A stretch of DNA of 51,307 bases from Phoronis australis (lineage: Eukaryota > Animalia > Phoronida), in assembly GCA_002633005.1 (NCBI GenBank), contig NMRA01000049.1:252004-303310 (forward strand), written 5' to 3'. Below the pieces are notes generated by a model. The model made no database searches. It saw only the letters and a program-made list of their open reading frames with translations, and was not told where the DNA came from. The number at the start of each line of letters is the position of its first letter. Position 1 is the first letter of the stretch. Shown one piece after another: positions 10,753-24,000 of the stretch. The position numbers and the translations under genes are program-made.

Positions 10753-11431
10753 GATCTGTGGAAGTGTTTAATGGGGAGATTTCAAGGGATGCCTTATCAA
10801 GACTTTCTATAATGTTGGGGTGGAAAATCTCGAAAAAGAAACTGTTGTAATTATCTATTAGCCGCAACGTCATTCAGTAGTTGTGGTTATTAAGACATAA
10901 TTGAATTTCTTTACTCGAGATATATGGTTAAAAAGCATAGTTGGTGCTGGTCAGTATCCCACATCACTTTGAAACTTGCCCTCAATAGATGAAGAAAAAG
11001 GCGGATTTATTTAAAAAGAAGGCAACCAAAAATACCACACCTCGGCATCAATTTTCAAAACTGCTAAGTAGCAGAACCAACCATGTTTTTTGATCTAAGG
11101 CACCTTTTTTTATCACCCGCTGGAACAAAGTGAATGTCATCAAGGTGCCATTTCAAGGACATTCATGTACTTGGTATTGTTGTAAACTACTCTAGATCAG
11201 TTCTGCTTCAAACTTACTCTGAATGTCATGTTGGTAAATTGTTATCTGCCCATTGTGTGCGACTACCAGAAGAAAGACTGGTTTATAGCCAGCAGTGATG
11301 GTATTATTGTGGTAAAAAAAATTGCGACACACTGTTACAGTCAGTTTTTTGGTTTTACATTAAAAAGAATTCCCAAATCTTGTTTCCTGTTTTTATATAT
11401 GTTGTTTATCATTATTTTTTCTTCCTTTAAT

Positions 11432-11437
11432 AATAAA
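11432..11437 (+). terminator. Candidate CSTF2 poly(A) signal
   Basis: AATAAA about 680 nt after the stop, with T-rich sequence upstream and TTTTGTTATTG downstream. Confidence 0.55.
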
Positions 11438-11744
11438 AGTTGGTGCACAATTTTGTTATTGCTGGCAGATACCTGCCAATTTTCTGAAGTTTCTGGTGTG
11501 CTCCCTAGTGTCAAGTTCATTCATAGTGGCCATTTGCCAGACCCCTACCAATTTTTGGACTGGACCTCCCAAGTGGCAATGAGGGCTTTCTGTTGATGAC
11601 ATTTGTTTCATCGAATATTTTCAACATTACTTGTTGGATGATGTATTCACAAAATTGTTTCGACATTTTTTTTACCGATTTGGCAGAATTTTTCTCATAG
11701 TCTCAAGGCAGAGAATGTTAAAAAAAGGGAACTCTCCGCGAGAA

Positions 11745-11815
11745 ACAATTAGCGTGGAATGGAACCCATTGGGTACGCAGTAGCAGTCGAACACTCTTCC
11801 ACTGAGACAAATCCC
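11745..11815 (-). mobile_element. tRNA-derived SINE head (degenerate)
   Basis: Minus strand TGTCTCAGTGG (A-box-like) ... GGGTTCCATTCC (B-box-like). Confidence 0.4.
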
Positions 11816-14615
11816 ACGTGTTAAGTGACAAAGTATTTAAATGATGAAGACACAGGCCTTTATAAAGCAAATGTCAAGCAGACAATAGCAAGAATTGGCA
11901 ATTCATAAAATCACAACAACAGATTTTGTATTGCTCAGGTCAAATTTAATAACTTCCAAGAAGTCTATGCCTGCCATCCAACAATCGTCCCCAAAATAAG
12001 TATTTCTGGGATAAATATGTTTTTCTCTTCTGGCTAGTTTTTCAACTTTGAACCCCACTTGGGACGAATATAAGCTTTGCCCAGTGAATGCTAAAAACCA
12101 GGTACGTGACCCGGTTCGATTGCAGGTGCCTTGACAGAAGCTGGGTAACTCCCATATAATACGTCTCGCAGTAAAGGGCCAGTGAAACTGAACGAATTAA
12201 AAAATCCCACATGAATTTACTCATTTTCTTCCTTCAACAACATATCACATCTAACAGCACCCGTAACAAATCATAACTAAACAGAATATCACAATCTCTG
12301 CTTATTTCTTGCGTAACAAAAATGGCACAAAAATGATTGATCCTACATGTTTTGTATCTTGGGCATCTATGTCCTATGGTACGACATACGTTATGGTTAC
12401 GTAGGACCCTAGAAAAATGGAACATTGTACCTAGGACATGACCAGTCGGACTCGTCTAAAATTTACACACACTATGCTTTATGCATTATTCTCCAAAACT
12501 CTTACAAATTGTGTTATTATACACTTGCATGACATGATACCAACATACATGACGTGTGAAAAAACCCAAAAATAGCATGAAACAAAAATGAAATTGTATT
12601 TTAGAAAACTGCATTCCTGAGATTTCATATTGAGCAAAAAAATTAAATTTGGTCACGTTATTGATACTCTTGTTTCGCTATGAATGAATCTTATAATTCT
12701 TTTTGTGAAATTTTCTTATAAAAAGAGGTAGCCACGGGACCCACTTAACGACAGATTGGAATTAAGATAAAAACAAGTCTACAGTCTTTCTACTGTCTTA
12801 CATAGTTTTTGAGTTAATTTTATGCACGCAGTTGTTGATAAGGTCCTACATACCTTAATTCATTAATAAATGCATTGCTACGATGTACGTTGATGTCATA
12901 TGTTTCAACCAAGAACCCTATATATGCTCAGCATTAGACATAATAAAACGACAACCATGATACTCATATCAACAGGCACATGTTGTCCACATGAAAACAT
13001 CATGTAGCAACTATACAATTACTGTCTTAATCTCCCAACTCGCACTTTACTTGAAACCTAACCGTGACATGATTCGAGTACATATTTGTAAGTTTACCCG
13101 AATTGCTATAGGCCGATATTTGAGTACACAGATTAGACCCCAGGTCTCGGTCAAGTGCCCGCTAAAAAGAGACAACAAACACACAAAACGTACCATGTGA
13201 AATGCATTCAAACCAATAATATTCCATTCCAAAGCAGTTGATGGGTTATTTCTTAAAACTCACACTCGTTGATATCAGGGCCAGGGATTTATGTACTCGT
13301 AACTCGACTCAAAAGTCGACTAAAGCATGGCATGCTTCGAGCAAACTTACAAATATCTACTCTAATCATGTGGCACTATTGGTGAGATTTTGAGAATCAG
13401 TAGAGTCTAAGTTCAGAGATTAGATCCCGAGCTCACGTGTTATCAGTTATAGATAGTTAGAATTGTGATTGTAGTTTCACATATGTAAAACTGAGAATTT
13501 AAATACAAAACAATTTTTAGTAAATTCTTCAACGACTTTGCTACACTTAGAAAACGCATGATTAAAGATTGTGTTCCCTTTCTGAGGTCACGTGATCCCA
13601 AAGTCAGCCTCCATGTTGTACAAAAACCTTAAGCGAATAAGGCACTGCCATTCCACGAGATGTTCACACTGGCATACAAAAATCCGTGGAAGACCTGAGT
13701 CATTGATGACTAGTACTTTATGCATATAAGTGCTGACACAGTTACCAAGATACAAAACTAACAGTTATGATTACTACTGCAATAATGATAACAACTCCAA
13801 CAATTATAACAAATTAATAAATATGCATGAAGACTAAAATGACATGACAAATGAGAACAATTTGGCAATGATTATTAAAACAAATCTTTATGGTTCATAA
13901 AAGTCTGCCATTCGCGGCACCCATCTTTCAGAATTCATGTTATATTGAGTAATGTTTCCTCGTTAGAGTAATGACATAACTTAACCTTGACCTTCTTCTT
14001 TTTCTCCAAGTCAGCTTGGACATTTTCTCCTCCCAATAAATAGTGATGATTCAATAAATAGCACAAAACACTTGATCAAAATCTATCGTATAACTTCAAT
14101 GCCACAAAATCAGAGCATTTGCAGTAATAAGTAGTGTATACTTTTTAAAAAATTTTTTTCAGCACTACATCAGCAGCTCAATATTATCGAACGCTTCAAA
14201 GGAGCTTTCAAATACTCAATAATCTACAGTGCTACTTCAAGCTAAGACTTGAGTGAGAAAGTTCAACAGGCCAAAAACCACCGATTGTGCAACAACGGTT
14301 AGTTTGACTTATTTTGGACCTTCAATTTCTTTTAGACGGGCGCTAAACCAAACAAGACTTTGTTACAAAAATACATACGTGTCCACACATAATAGTCACA
14401 GTAGCAAATCACGCAACAAGTCTTGAACTGCTGTTAGTGTTTTAATTTCAATATTAGGACTTGCAGTTTTCTTAGTCTTTTATATACATTTCATTGCTTT
14501 TGTTTTCTTCTACATTTCATCTTGTATACAGATGGACACGATGATTGATCAAATAAGTTTAAATCAACACTGTTGACAGTAACCACAATGCAATATTCAA
14601 ATATTCCACCAAACA

Positions 14616-14683
14616 GTTGACGCCCAGGCATCTAGAGGACAGCTGGGGGGGTTGACGTCGGGATATCTAGAGGACGGTTGGGA
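14616..14683. repeat. 35-bp tandem duplication in the AFG1L 3'UTR
   Basis: GTTGACG...ATCTAGAGGAC.G.TGGG at 14616 and 14651. Confidence 0.7.
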
Positions 14684-14841
14684 CTAGGATGCAGCTCTAA
14701 ACGGCTGATGCGCCATAAGCTTGACTCAGCAGCTCACTATGGCTTGCTTTGCTCCAGATCTCCAGGCACACCCTAACAAAATATTCTTGAAGCGTAAAAT
14801 AATACTGCTACTAACTACACGGCATGCCGTCATCTTCTCTC

Positions 14842-15000
14842 CTAGCTGAATTCTGGATACAGATTTGTTAATTTCTCTTTTTCCCTCAGCAACCAGTATC
14901 CTTCTGTTTGCATCTCAGCTAACCTTGACACAGTCCTGTCAAATGCGAACAGTTCCTCCTCACCGGTAAATATACTAGATGAGGCTTTCTCAGTATCCTT
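14842..15000 (-). CDS. AFG1L: AFG1L exon 13 (last coding)
   Basis: tgcag|[52 protein letters not shown]. Confidence 0.93.
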   Translation of the reverse strand, partial: KDTEKASSSIFTGEEELFAFDRTVSRLAEMQTEGYWLLREKEKLTNLYPEFS

Positions 15001-18000
15001 CTGCAAGTAAAACACAACCATTACAGGAAGTGAACATACATTAGCAAAAAGTAGAGAAAATGCACTTTTAGAGCAACAGACAAACCTGCTTTAGTTCTCA
15101 ACGTAACACATATCAGTTAATCTTCAGGAAAACTCCAGTTCATAGGTTAAACTGTATCGAAACCTTTCCCATTGCCTTCTCGCAAACACTCCAGCAATCA
15201 TGAGATGGTAAGAGGGTCATTGAAGGAAATATTGAGGCACTGTTTGTCAAAGAGTCTATGGCCAAAAGTTGATTTTTTTGTTCCTGAGCAGGCATGGATT
15301 TTATGTCTTTAGGTTTCAAGTTGAAGAATTTCTTACTTTTAGCCTCAGGCTGATATCGTAAAACAGTCTAAGCTGCCCATAGACTGATTTTTCGCCATAA
15401 GTCAAAGAGACAATAGACTTGTCAAGAGGACATATTTATTTATAGTCACACATCAAATTGCACATCATCGCTGCGACTTCTGACAAAAACTCCACTGTCA
15501 AAGCAAAGTTAATCTTTTATACAACTAAACCCTACCACTTTGACAGAAGTTGTGATGACAGTTCAGTGCAGGAGGCTCAGGTTTCTCACTGACTGAATAT
15601 CTATCTAAAGCACAATAATCGCTCAGTTCACAAAAATTTTATCAAAGCTATGACAACAGGGTGACACCTGGTGGCAGGCAAGAAGAGCCCAGTCACCCAG
15701 CAAAGCAAATCATACATTAGTCGCCTACTGCCATCACTTGCAATTTCTCGGGCATGCCAAAACTGCATGGGTCGCTGCTTTTTTCACAGGTAAGCTCTAA
15801 AGCTCTGCCACCTGGTGTGGCTATTACTAACCATACTAATTCCCAGGTCATCCATCAACACCTGATTGTCGTCCAGCTGTCTGTTCGTCATACTTCCAAC
15901 AGAAAATAACTCCTTGGGGGTTCCGGCTGCCGAGCACACTATCCGCACCTAGGAATAACAGCAACCATTTGTTATTAAGCATATTTCACCAATTTAGTAC
16001 TACTGAAAGATATTAACATTAAATGGCCAGCACAGAAGTTTTACATCTGTTTACATTTATTTACCAATTTACTAAATCGCAGGTTGACCACTTCCAAAGT
16101 GTATTTCACGCAGAGATTGTGTCTAATAAGTAAGTGCTTCTAATTGTGAAGAAATCTTGTATGGTCCAGACCTATTTACAGAGTCTGCTCAAATTCACTT
16201 TTAGCAGCAAAGAGGTTGACAAATTCACTACAATTTACCCTGGTTGTTAGCAATATCTCACACCAGTGCTCCAAGTTGAGCTCCAGAGAACATCCATAAG
16301 GTATGGTGTCATGCAGCACACAACATATTGAAAAAAGAACTCATCACAAAACAGTCATCTCATATTGAGCAAAGAAAAAAGTATTACTAATACTATGTTC
16401 TTTGGAAACACCAGGCTCATTACGGCTGCATACAAAGCCCAGTTTCTGCAGCACAATCGGCCAAAAGTCAACGGACCCCCCAGGACAGGATGTAGTCCAT
16501 TGCAATTTAGTTCCCAGCTGAGGAAGGTATTCGTTCGTACATCCCAGTAGACTGAAACAATACACCTCAACTACAGTAGGGAATTTCCCGTCAGGACAAC
16601 TGGGCGGAAGCCGAATTTACCATCAGAGTAGCCTTTCCTCATGCCAGAGAATGAAGGGGAAATTAACAGGAAAGTGGCTAAGTCATTCTGTAATTAGAAA
16701 TTTGCCGCCTTAATAGTTACTACCTGTAATTTTCACTGTTAACAGAATTAACCGTCATGACAGGGAAACTCTACTTTGTCCGATTACTTTTGTCTTATAC
16801 AGTACCATGCTAAAAAAAACTTAATGACAGCAGCAACATGCCCACTTCACTAACCACCGTCATATTTGCACTGCACTGGCAAATGTACAGGGGGAGTAAT
16901 ACCTTTTTATCGTAAAACGTGTCGATCATGGTGATGAAGCGCCGTGCCTCAGTTTTGTTGGACAGCGACATCTGTGGAATGTTTCGTATCAATACCGTGT
17001 CAAAGTGAACACTTATCTCCAGATAATCTATAGCACCAACTGGCTGCAAAAACAAAATGAATGACATTTCAAGTCTGACAGTAATAGCAGCAACACTTAG
17101 TAGTCACCAACACATAGCAGACGCTTGAGATTTCAAGTTCAGACTCGAAATAATAGGTTCAACACTCAGGACATCAAGTCCAAACTAGCATTACGCAACC
17201 ATTCACTTAAACTCTAATGTACTCAAACACAGAATAACAGACACTTAACTTAAGTTCGCACAAAAGCCAAATGGAAAACGTCAGTAAATATTTCACGTTT
17301 GATGTTGATTATACATCTGGACCAGTTTTGTAATGACAGATGGACTACATCAAAATTAAGTCTTTTGGACCAGTGGCCTCATAGCAGCTTCTAATTACCC
17401 TCTTGCACAGTTCATCAAAGGTGGCATTCAGCACTCTACCACAGGTGTTAGACAGGTGGAGATCTCTGCCAAGTATTCTTAATGTTTTGGGTTTCACATC
17501 TGTAATACAGTAAACCGATGAACGATGGCATTACACGTATTCCTTTAACACGCAGTGCGCCAGGAGTCTATTTCATAAAAAGTGACTTAAAATTTAATTC
17601 AGAGCTTTAATATTACGCTCCACATAACTATTTCTAAATAGCATTTAAATGTCATTTGAGCAAAAATACAAAGCCTCTGAGAACATACACATAACTGTTA
17701 GTTAATGATATAATTCCTATACATTATTTCTGGGCTGTAACGTGCTTGTATTTACTTGACTAAACCTTTCTCCTGCAATTGTGAAATGGAAGCATAACAC
17801 AGAATGTCTGTATCAAGTCTTAAATCACTTTGGATTCCAGAATCGTGCAGGCCACAAATCTAAGGTGCACATTAAAAAATAACTACTGGGAATTTCCGTT
17901 TATAAGACCATGGGGGTGAGTTCGGAAAACAACAATTTTCATGCGTTTTAGAAACACCAAATAGGCGCCTGGGCGTTAATTCAGAAAAGGGGGTGTGTAA

Positions 18001-21000
18001 ATGGGAAGCCATAGTTTTGGTTGACCTGACACTCCTTCACTTAAAACTGCGTTTTTAATTTTTTGTTAATAAATGCATAGTTCGCCAATGCCTTGTTCGT
18101 TTTCACAAACGATAAATGCTCCACAAAACTGAATTTGTGACAAAAAGTTGACGCTGAGTGGGCTTTTAAGAGGAAAATTTCCAAATAAACGTCCCACTGT
18201 CTAAACACTTGACACCACAAGTTGTAACACCAAATAAACGCCCTAAAATGAGGAGAAAGCATGGCTCAGTGGTTTGGGCTACGGACTCCCATTGGGGAGA
18301 TCTGGGTTCGAATCCTGGCTTCACTGGCTGACAATCGAGCATTGCACAAAGGTGTCACCTACTCCTCTGAGCTCGGTCTTACTAGTAAATGTAAGCAAGA
18401 TAGTGAATGAGAACCTGGATATAATGCGAGAGCAATTTTTGGGGCTTTGCTCATATAAAGAAACTAAAATGAGAAGTAGGGGGAACAGAACTATTCAAAA
18501 ATTCTGCCAACCCCATAGTACTAATAAAGACAATTTCTTTAAAATCATTTACACTTTCATAGATAGAAAGGTACGTGCAACCAAATTAAATTGCCACAAG
18601 GAGGTGCAATATTACGTAATCTTAAATGTCTGATAATGGCCGTCAGCCATGCTCTCTTCAGTAGAAACTCATTCGCTATATTTCACCTCAACCTTAAACA
18701 GTTTCGTCACCTGATTGCAGAATCCAACTGTACCACACTCACACTTGATCCTTACCTTCAGCCTGGTCTTCACAGAGATCTTCAAATATATTGTCCATTT
18801 CTTTGTCTGCATTGCACTGTGTTGACCTAATAACGCAACGACAATTAGCAACAATTTTAAGCCACACCCAGGGTGTCCCAAAAATGGTAACAAAAACATC
18901 GTAAATTTTGAGTTCCAAGACAAATTGGCTTTAATAGGAACAAGTGGCAGTTTTCTCATTCCAGGAATCTCAAAGTTTGTTTGGCAATGTGTAGATTGTT
19001 TGGCGGTGCGTTGAAGTAAAGACGAGTGCTAAAGCTGACTGATATTGCAGAGAACAGAACATGCTTTAGCCCCGAAACCAACTGTTAGTTGTGTGGCTAT
19101 AGTGCAAACATCAAAGAATTTTCAACAAAGCTGAGACACTTAGAACCAGAACAGTCAATTAAAAGATCTGGGCCCCAAGTCGAATTCAAACCCAAAATAA
19201 TTTTTGACATTTTCCGTTCTACTTTGCTGCAAACTCAGTATAAGTGTCTATATTTCTCTGCACGGGTGTTCTATGCTTCATGGGAATTAGCATCTAGTTC
19301 AAGATTGCACTTTATGACCCTTAGTTTCGAGTTATAAGCTTGGGTAAAAACTTGAAATTCCAAGTAAAATTTCCGAATTCTGAGGACTCAAACTTACAGC
19401 ATTAATGCCAAGGTCAACTGCAAGTCATTGATAGACAGTCATTCGCGTGAACCATAGTGTACTTGAACACAGAGTAATAGACACATAGCTTGAGTTTGCA
19501 GAAAAATAGCATGGAAATGCTAAAAATAAATACATACAGTACATTATATAGACGCTGATGTTGGCCAATAATGAATCAAATAAACAAATAACACAGAAAA
19601 ACCAGGAAGCACAACTGCGAATCGAACCACAGGTCTCTATTTGCCAGTCTGGTGCTCTTATCACTGAGCTACTGAGGACCCGTTATCAGTGCAATGGCAT
19701 TTGAAGATGTGTTACTTCTAAGCCAAATATTACAGAAACTTTCAACAAGATAAGATGACATAATAAACTCGTAATACTTTGTCAGTGAATACATCAAAAC
19801 TTACACAAAATATGTCTGTCCCGAAGCCACAGCCATTGTTCTGTAATCAATCCCTGAGTCTAGTGGTATAACTGTACAGTGATCCTGAAAGGAGTCAAGC
19901 TCATTGATTCCAGGCAACCAGGGGTGCCTTCTGCGAGACATTTGGGGTGAGAAATTTTTGCTTATGAAACGAAAACCGTGATATCAATTTTTCCCCAATA
20001 TTAAAAAATCCAGCTCCGTAAACCATTCATTTCTCATTGGCAGCCATTTTGCTAGAGCACATGAATGAGGTCTTGAATTTGTCGTCTACTTTTGCATGGT
20101 CTAGCACGGTCTCGCTTTTCTTGCAAGAAACATGCTTTTACTGAAAGCACCCAGTATTCTTCACTCATAAGCACCATGGGCACAATCATGAACATTTATT
20201 TAGTTCTTTTCTCAAGGCTTGTATCTTGTCCTCGTGTACCGTAGTTCTTTCCTCACGAACAACAACCTCTTCACTCTGTGATAGGATACATGAACGAGCA
20301 CACACGCGGGCCAATGTATCAAACTTATCTCAGTGAAAAGTAGAACTGGATACTAACTGTGGTTCGTGGGAAAAGAATTGAAGTTTGTGAGAAAAGAACT
20401 GTATTCATAACAAAACAATGATGTTGATAAGAATGCCCATGATGTTGGAGAAGGTTGGTTACCCTCAAGTTAGCAAAGTTATCCATATTGGTACTGTATC
20501 AGGGTAATAGTCACTTATAAGGGTCCTTCATTTCGAGAACCAGTTTTCTCCACTGAATAACAGGCATCAAACTGGTTCTCAAAATCTGGGACCCTGCAAG
20601 TGACTGTTGCCCTTATCAGCACACCAAACACCTTATGAGTAAAATCACACCCAGCTGGGTTTAATACTCATTACACTGTCCAAAAATCACGTAAATTATG
20701 GAATCGCTTTAAACACTAAAATGTCAGGTGCCTATTTATCGCATACCTTTAGAACCTGAATAAATGGAACAAAGTTGGCCCTTTGAAGTCCTCTTTTATA
20801 TAGGTCTACAACACAAAAAATACTTAATTATAATTACAACATTAAAGTTTCAAATCCTAGACACAATGACCATAACCGGAGTGTTACATTGAAACAGGAA
20901 CCCCGGTGTAAAACAGATATCCCAGCGTCGAAAACATACTCCCACACCTTCAAAAAAAGCTAACCAGCCTGAAAAACACACCCCCCGACAATTAAAACAG

Positions 21001-24000
21001 GAAACCCAGGGACCAAAAAAATTGTCCGGAAAATTCCAAGCCCTAGGTTCTATCATGCACTTACACTACAAATTACACAGTTGAGAACGAATACATACAA
21101 AGTAGACTACGGAGCAGGAGGCATTACTCATGGGTTGAGCAGCGTGGACTAGTAGTAGTTCATCTTAAGACTGACAGGTGGCAGCTCTACCACTAGGTCA
21201 CACCATCTCTTTGACCGATACAGTGCCTTACCGTCGGGATGTCTGTTTGAGGTTGCCACCACCACGACGCCTTCAGCGAAGAGTTCTGTAAACAGCCTCT
21301 TGAGAATCATGGCGTCTGCGATGTCTGTCACCTAGTGTAGAGACAAAGTGAGAGAGTGTGATAGAAGAGCAATGACAAGGCAACTGCTTCTGGACTCATC
21401 AGTGAAAATTTAATCATGGCTGTCAATGAATTACGAAATCATGGTCGCTTTTCAGGCAAAGCACATTTGATGTGTCACAAAATAAAACTGCCCCAGTAAG
21501 ACATTCTTGTTTAACTATCAGATCTTTTGCCCTACAAGATCACTTCCCTCCAGTCATCCAGAACTATACTTATGGTTATTATTTTTCTGCCATCTGGGCC
21601 CAGGGTCTAATCTTTGCACTCGAAATTGAACAAAAAATTCTTTTTGCCAGTCTCCATCCCAAGTTTGAGTGACCTCGAGCATCTTACGGTTTACGCATGT
21701 TTCTAGTCCAAGTTTACAACTGATTATCTCAGTATATAGAGCTACAAACTCCAACAAAAACTTGAGATTTCGAGTTAAGACTCCAAACTAAGGCTTTAAC
21801 GATTATTTCTTTGAATGTTTATTACAAAATAGTAAGTACAATAAATATACAGACCCAAAAAGCGCCGAGAGGCATTGTATCAGGGCTTTAATGATTGGGT
21901 CATAAAATCGAAATCAGAACTACACAGTTGTCCCAGTAAACCCTGATGGGCTCAAGCACAGAATTATAGACAATAAGCTCTTCTAGTTCCAACAAAAGCA
22001 GAGAATGAAAAATGGCAAAAAATAATTTCAATTTCGATTTCAAAAACAAAGAGTAGACCCTGGGCTGTGGTCTTTTTCTTATAAACCAACTATCATGGCT
22101 AAACATTCTCCATTTGCTCAGCAAATTAGCACTAGTTATTGACGACCATCTACTATGCTTGCCAAGTTACCTGAAATTCATCGAAGCAGAGTAGCCAAGC
22201 CTCTTCTGCGATTTCCTTGGCAACAGGTGGAATGGGGTCAAATGACTGAGTCTTCCTGACATTGTATTGTTTAGGGACGGATTGCTTTAAAATATGCAAC
22301 CCTGAAATCGAAACGAAGTCATCAAAATGTGAGAATAAAATATGCTTGATGTAGTTACTGAAACCATTGGTAATGCATATTTTACATTGTTGCATTTGTG
22401 GGGGCTTATTTCTTAAGAATGACTAGTTTCGAGTAAAAAGTTTTGCATTTGGTAAGAGAAAGTCATAAAGCACCAAGTGACTACAAATTACTTGCTTCAT
22501 CATCTCAAGTGATCTCTGAACATTTCTCAAAAAACAGTTTCGTCAGCGTTGTTCAACAAATTTTCAATTAACAAATCATCATGAAATAATATTTGATTTG
22601 CACGTTGTACACGGCCAGGTAAAAGAATGGGTTAATGGAAAAATATTGGGTCTTACAATAATGGTAATGATATAACAGAATAATGCATGTGACCTTTATT
22701 ACAGAAATTAGATTGTCTGACTGATTGAAAATAATTATACCAAAAGACTTTATTTACAGAGGACAAAAATCATGCCGAGGATTGTTTACAACATGGTGCT
22801 CAATGAGTTTAATCTAAATAATATGATTAAGTTAAAATTAAACTTATGCAATAATGATGAACTACAAATTGAGTACACAGAAATAACAGACACTTACAAG
22901 AGTCTCTGTTTTCTCCACCGAATAACAGATATTAACTGAAACTGGTTCTCAAAATGCAGGACACCTGCAAGAAACTATTTCTCAAAGTTATATTTCTTTA
23001 ATAACTGAGTCCTCATATACAAGTCCTCCAATAAGACCCACGCTTACTTCTGTGTACATCCAGCATGAACTTGTTAAAGTGCACCCTCTGTTTCTTCTCA
23101 ATCAGAGAGCAAGAGTAGAACAAATCCATCAGCATGGTTTTACCTGAGCCTACAAGGCAAAAACGTATAAGCTCCAGTTAGCAAATGGAAGCAGTCAACA
23201 TATTATACAATTATTATTTCATAGAGAGTTTTAATGAAAGCATGTGTCTGTGGACACGCACAAGGAAGGAAGTCAATTCTGCGAGATGCATGACACAGTC
23301 AGCCAGAGAACATGCAGCGACCTCTAGTGCTTATTCTTTACATTACTGTAACCATAAAATTGTCTCTTGATGAATCTTACAAATTTTGTAAAAAACAGGA
23401 ATATTCCTATCCACACATCAAAGCCGCATGCGCAGTTTTGCCAAAACTACCTGACTTCAACATTAATCAAAATCATTAAAGCAATACTTTGGAAGCAACA
23501 ATTAAACAAACGAAAGAACTTTTTAGGTTTTACCGTAACTTTTTGTCTGTCAATCAATGACACATATTCTGACATCAACCGTGACAAATTATGTTCTGTT
23601 CTGTCACTTTCTCCAACATCACACCTCTCCTGTTTTGCAAAGTTTCAGTCAGTGGAAAAGCGCAACTCTCAGACTTAAACAGCCATCGCATCTCACCTCA
23701 AAACAGGTGAATAAAACTGTGGAAATGCACGCTGGGAAATGTCAAGTCCATTCCAATGGAAGTAATCGCTAAAGGTGGCTACATGCAACACGCATTTATT
23801 TAATAGATAATAAGAATCAACTGCGCCATCTAGTGTTTAATCCCTATAAATACCAGTAACTCTGACACCCCTACTGAAGAGTAGTTAGTGGGAAAAGTAA
23901 CAGGAGTTGTGATGGAGTTTCAACTGGCCATTGTTTCAATAGAGGAAAACCGACATTCAGCAATACACACTAACCCCTGACTCCAACTTACCAACAGTGC

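Noticed and set aside
15775-15796. Perfect ratchet-like TTTTTTCACAG|GTAAGC
   Set aside because: On the + strand, antisense to AFG1L, with no + strand transcript evident here
18257-18325. Functional tRNA genes (also 4.4, 11.8, 19.6, 28.0 and 33.7 kb)
   Set aside because: A and B boxes are present but there is no acceptor stem or cloverleaf; better explained as SINE heads
18869-18910. Tc1/mariner TIR CAGGGTGTCCCAAAA
   Set aside because: No flanking TA and no partner TIR found
22853-22939. Box C/D snoRNA candidate
   Set aside because: Antisense to the host gene, no terminal stem, and overlaps a MITE remnant
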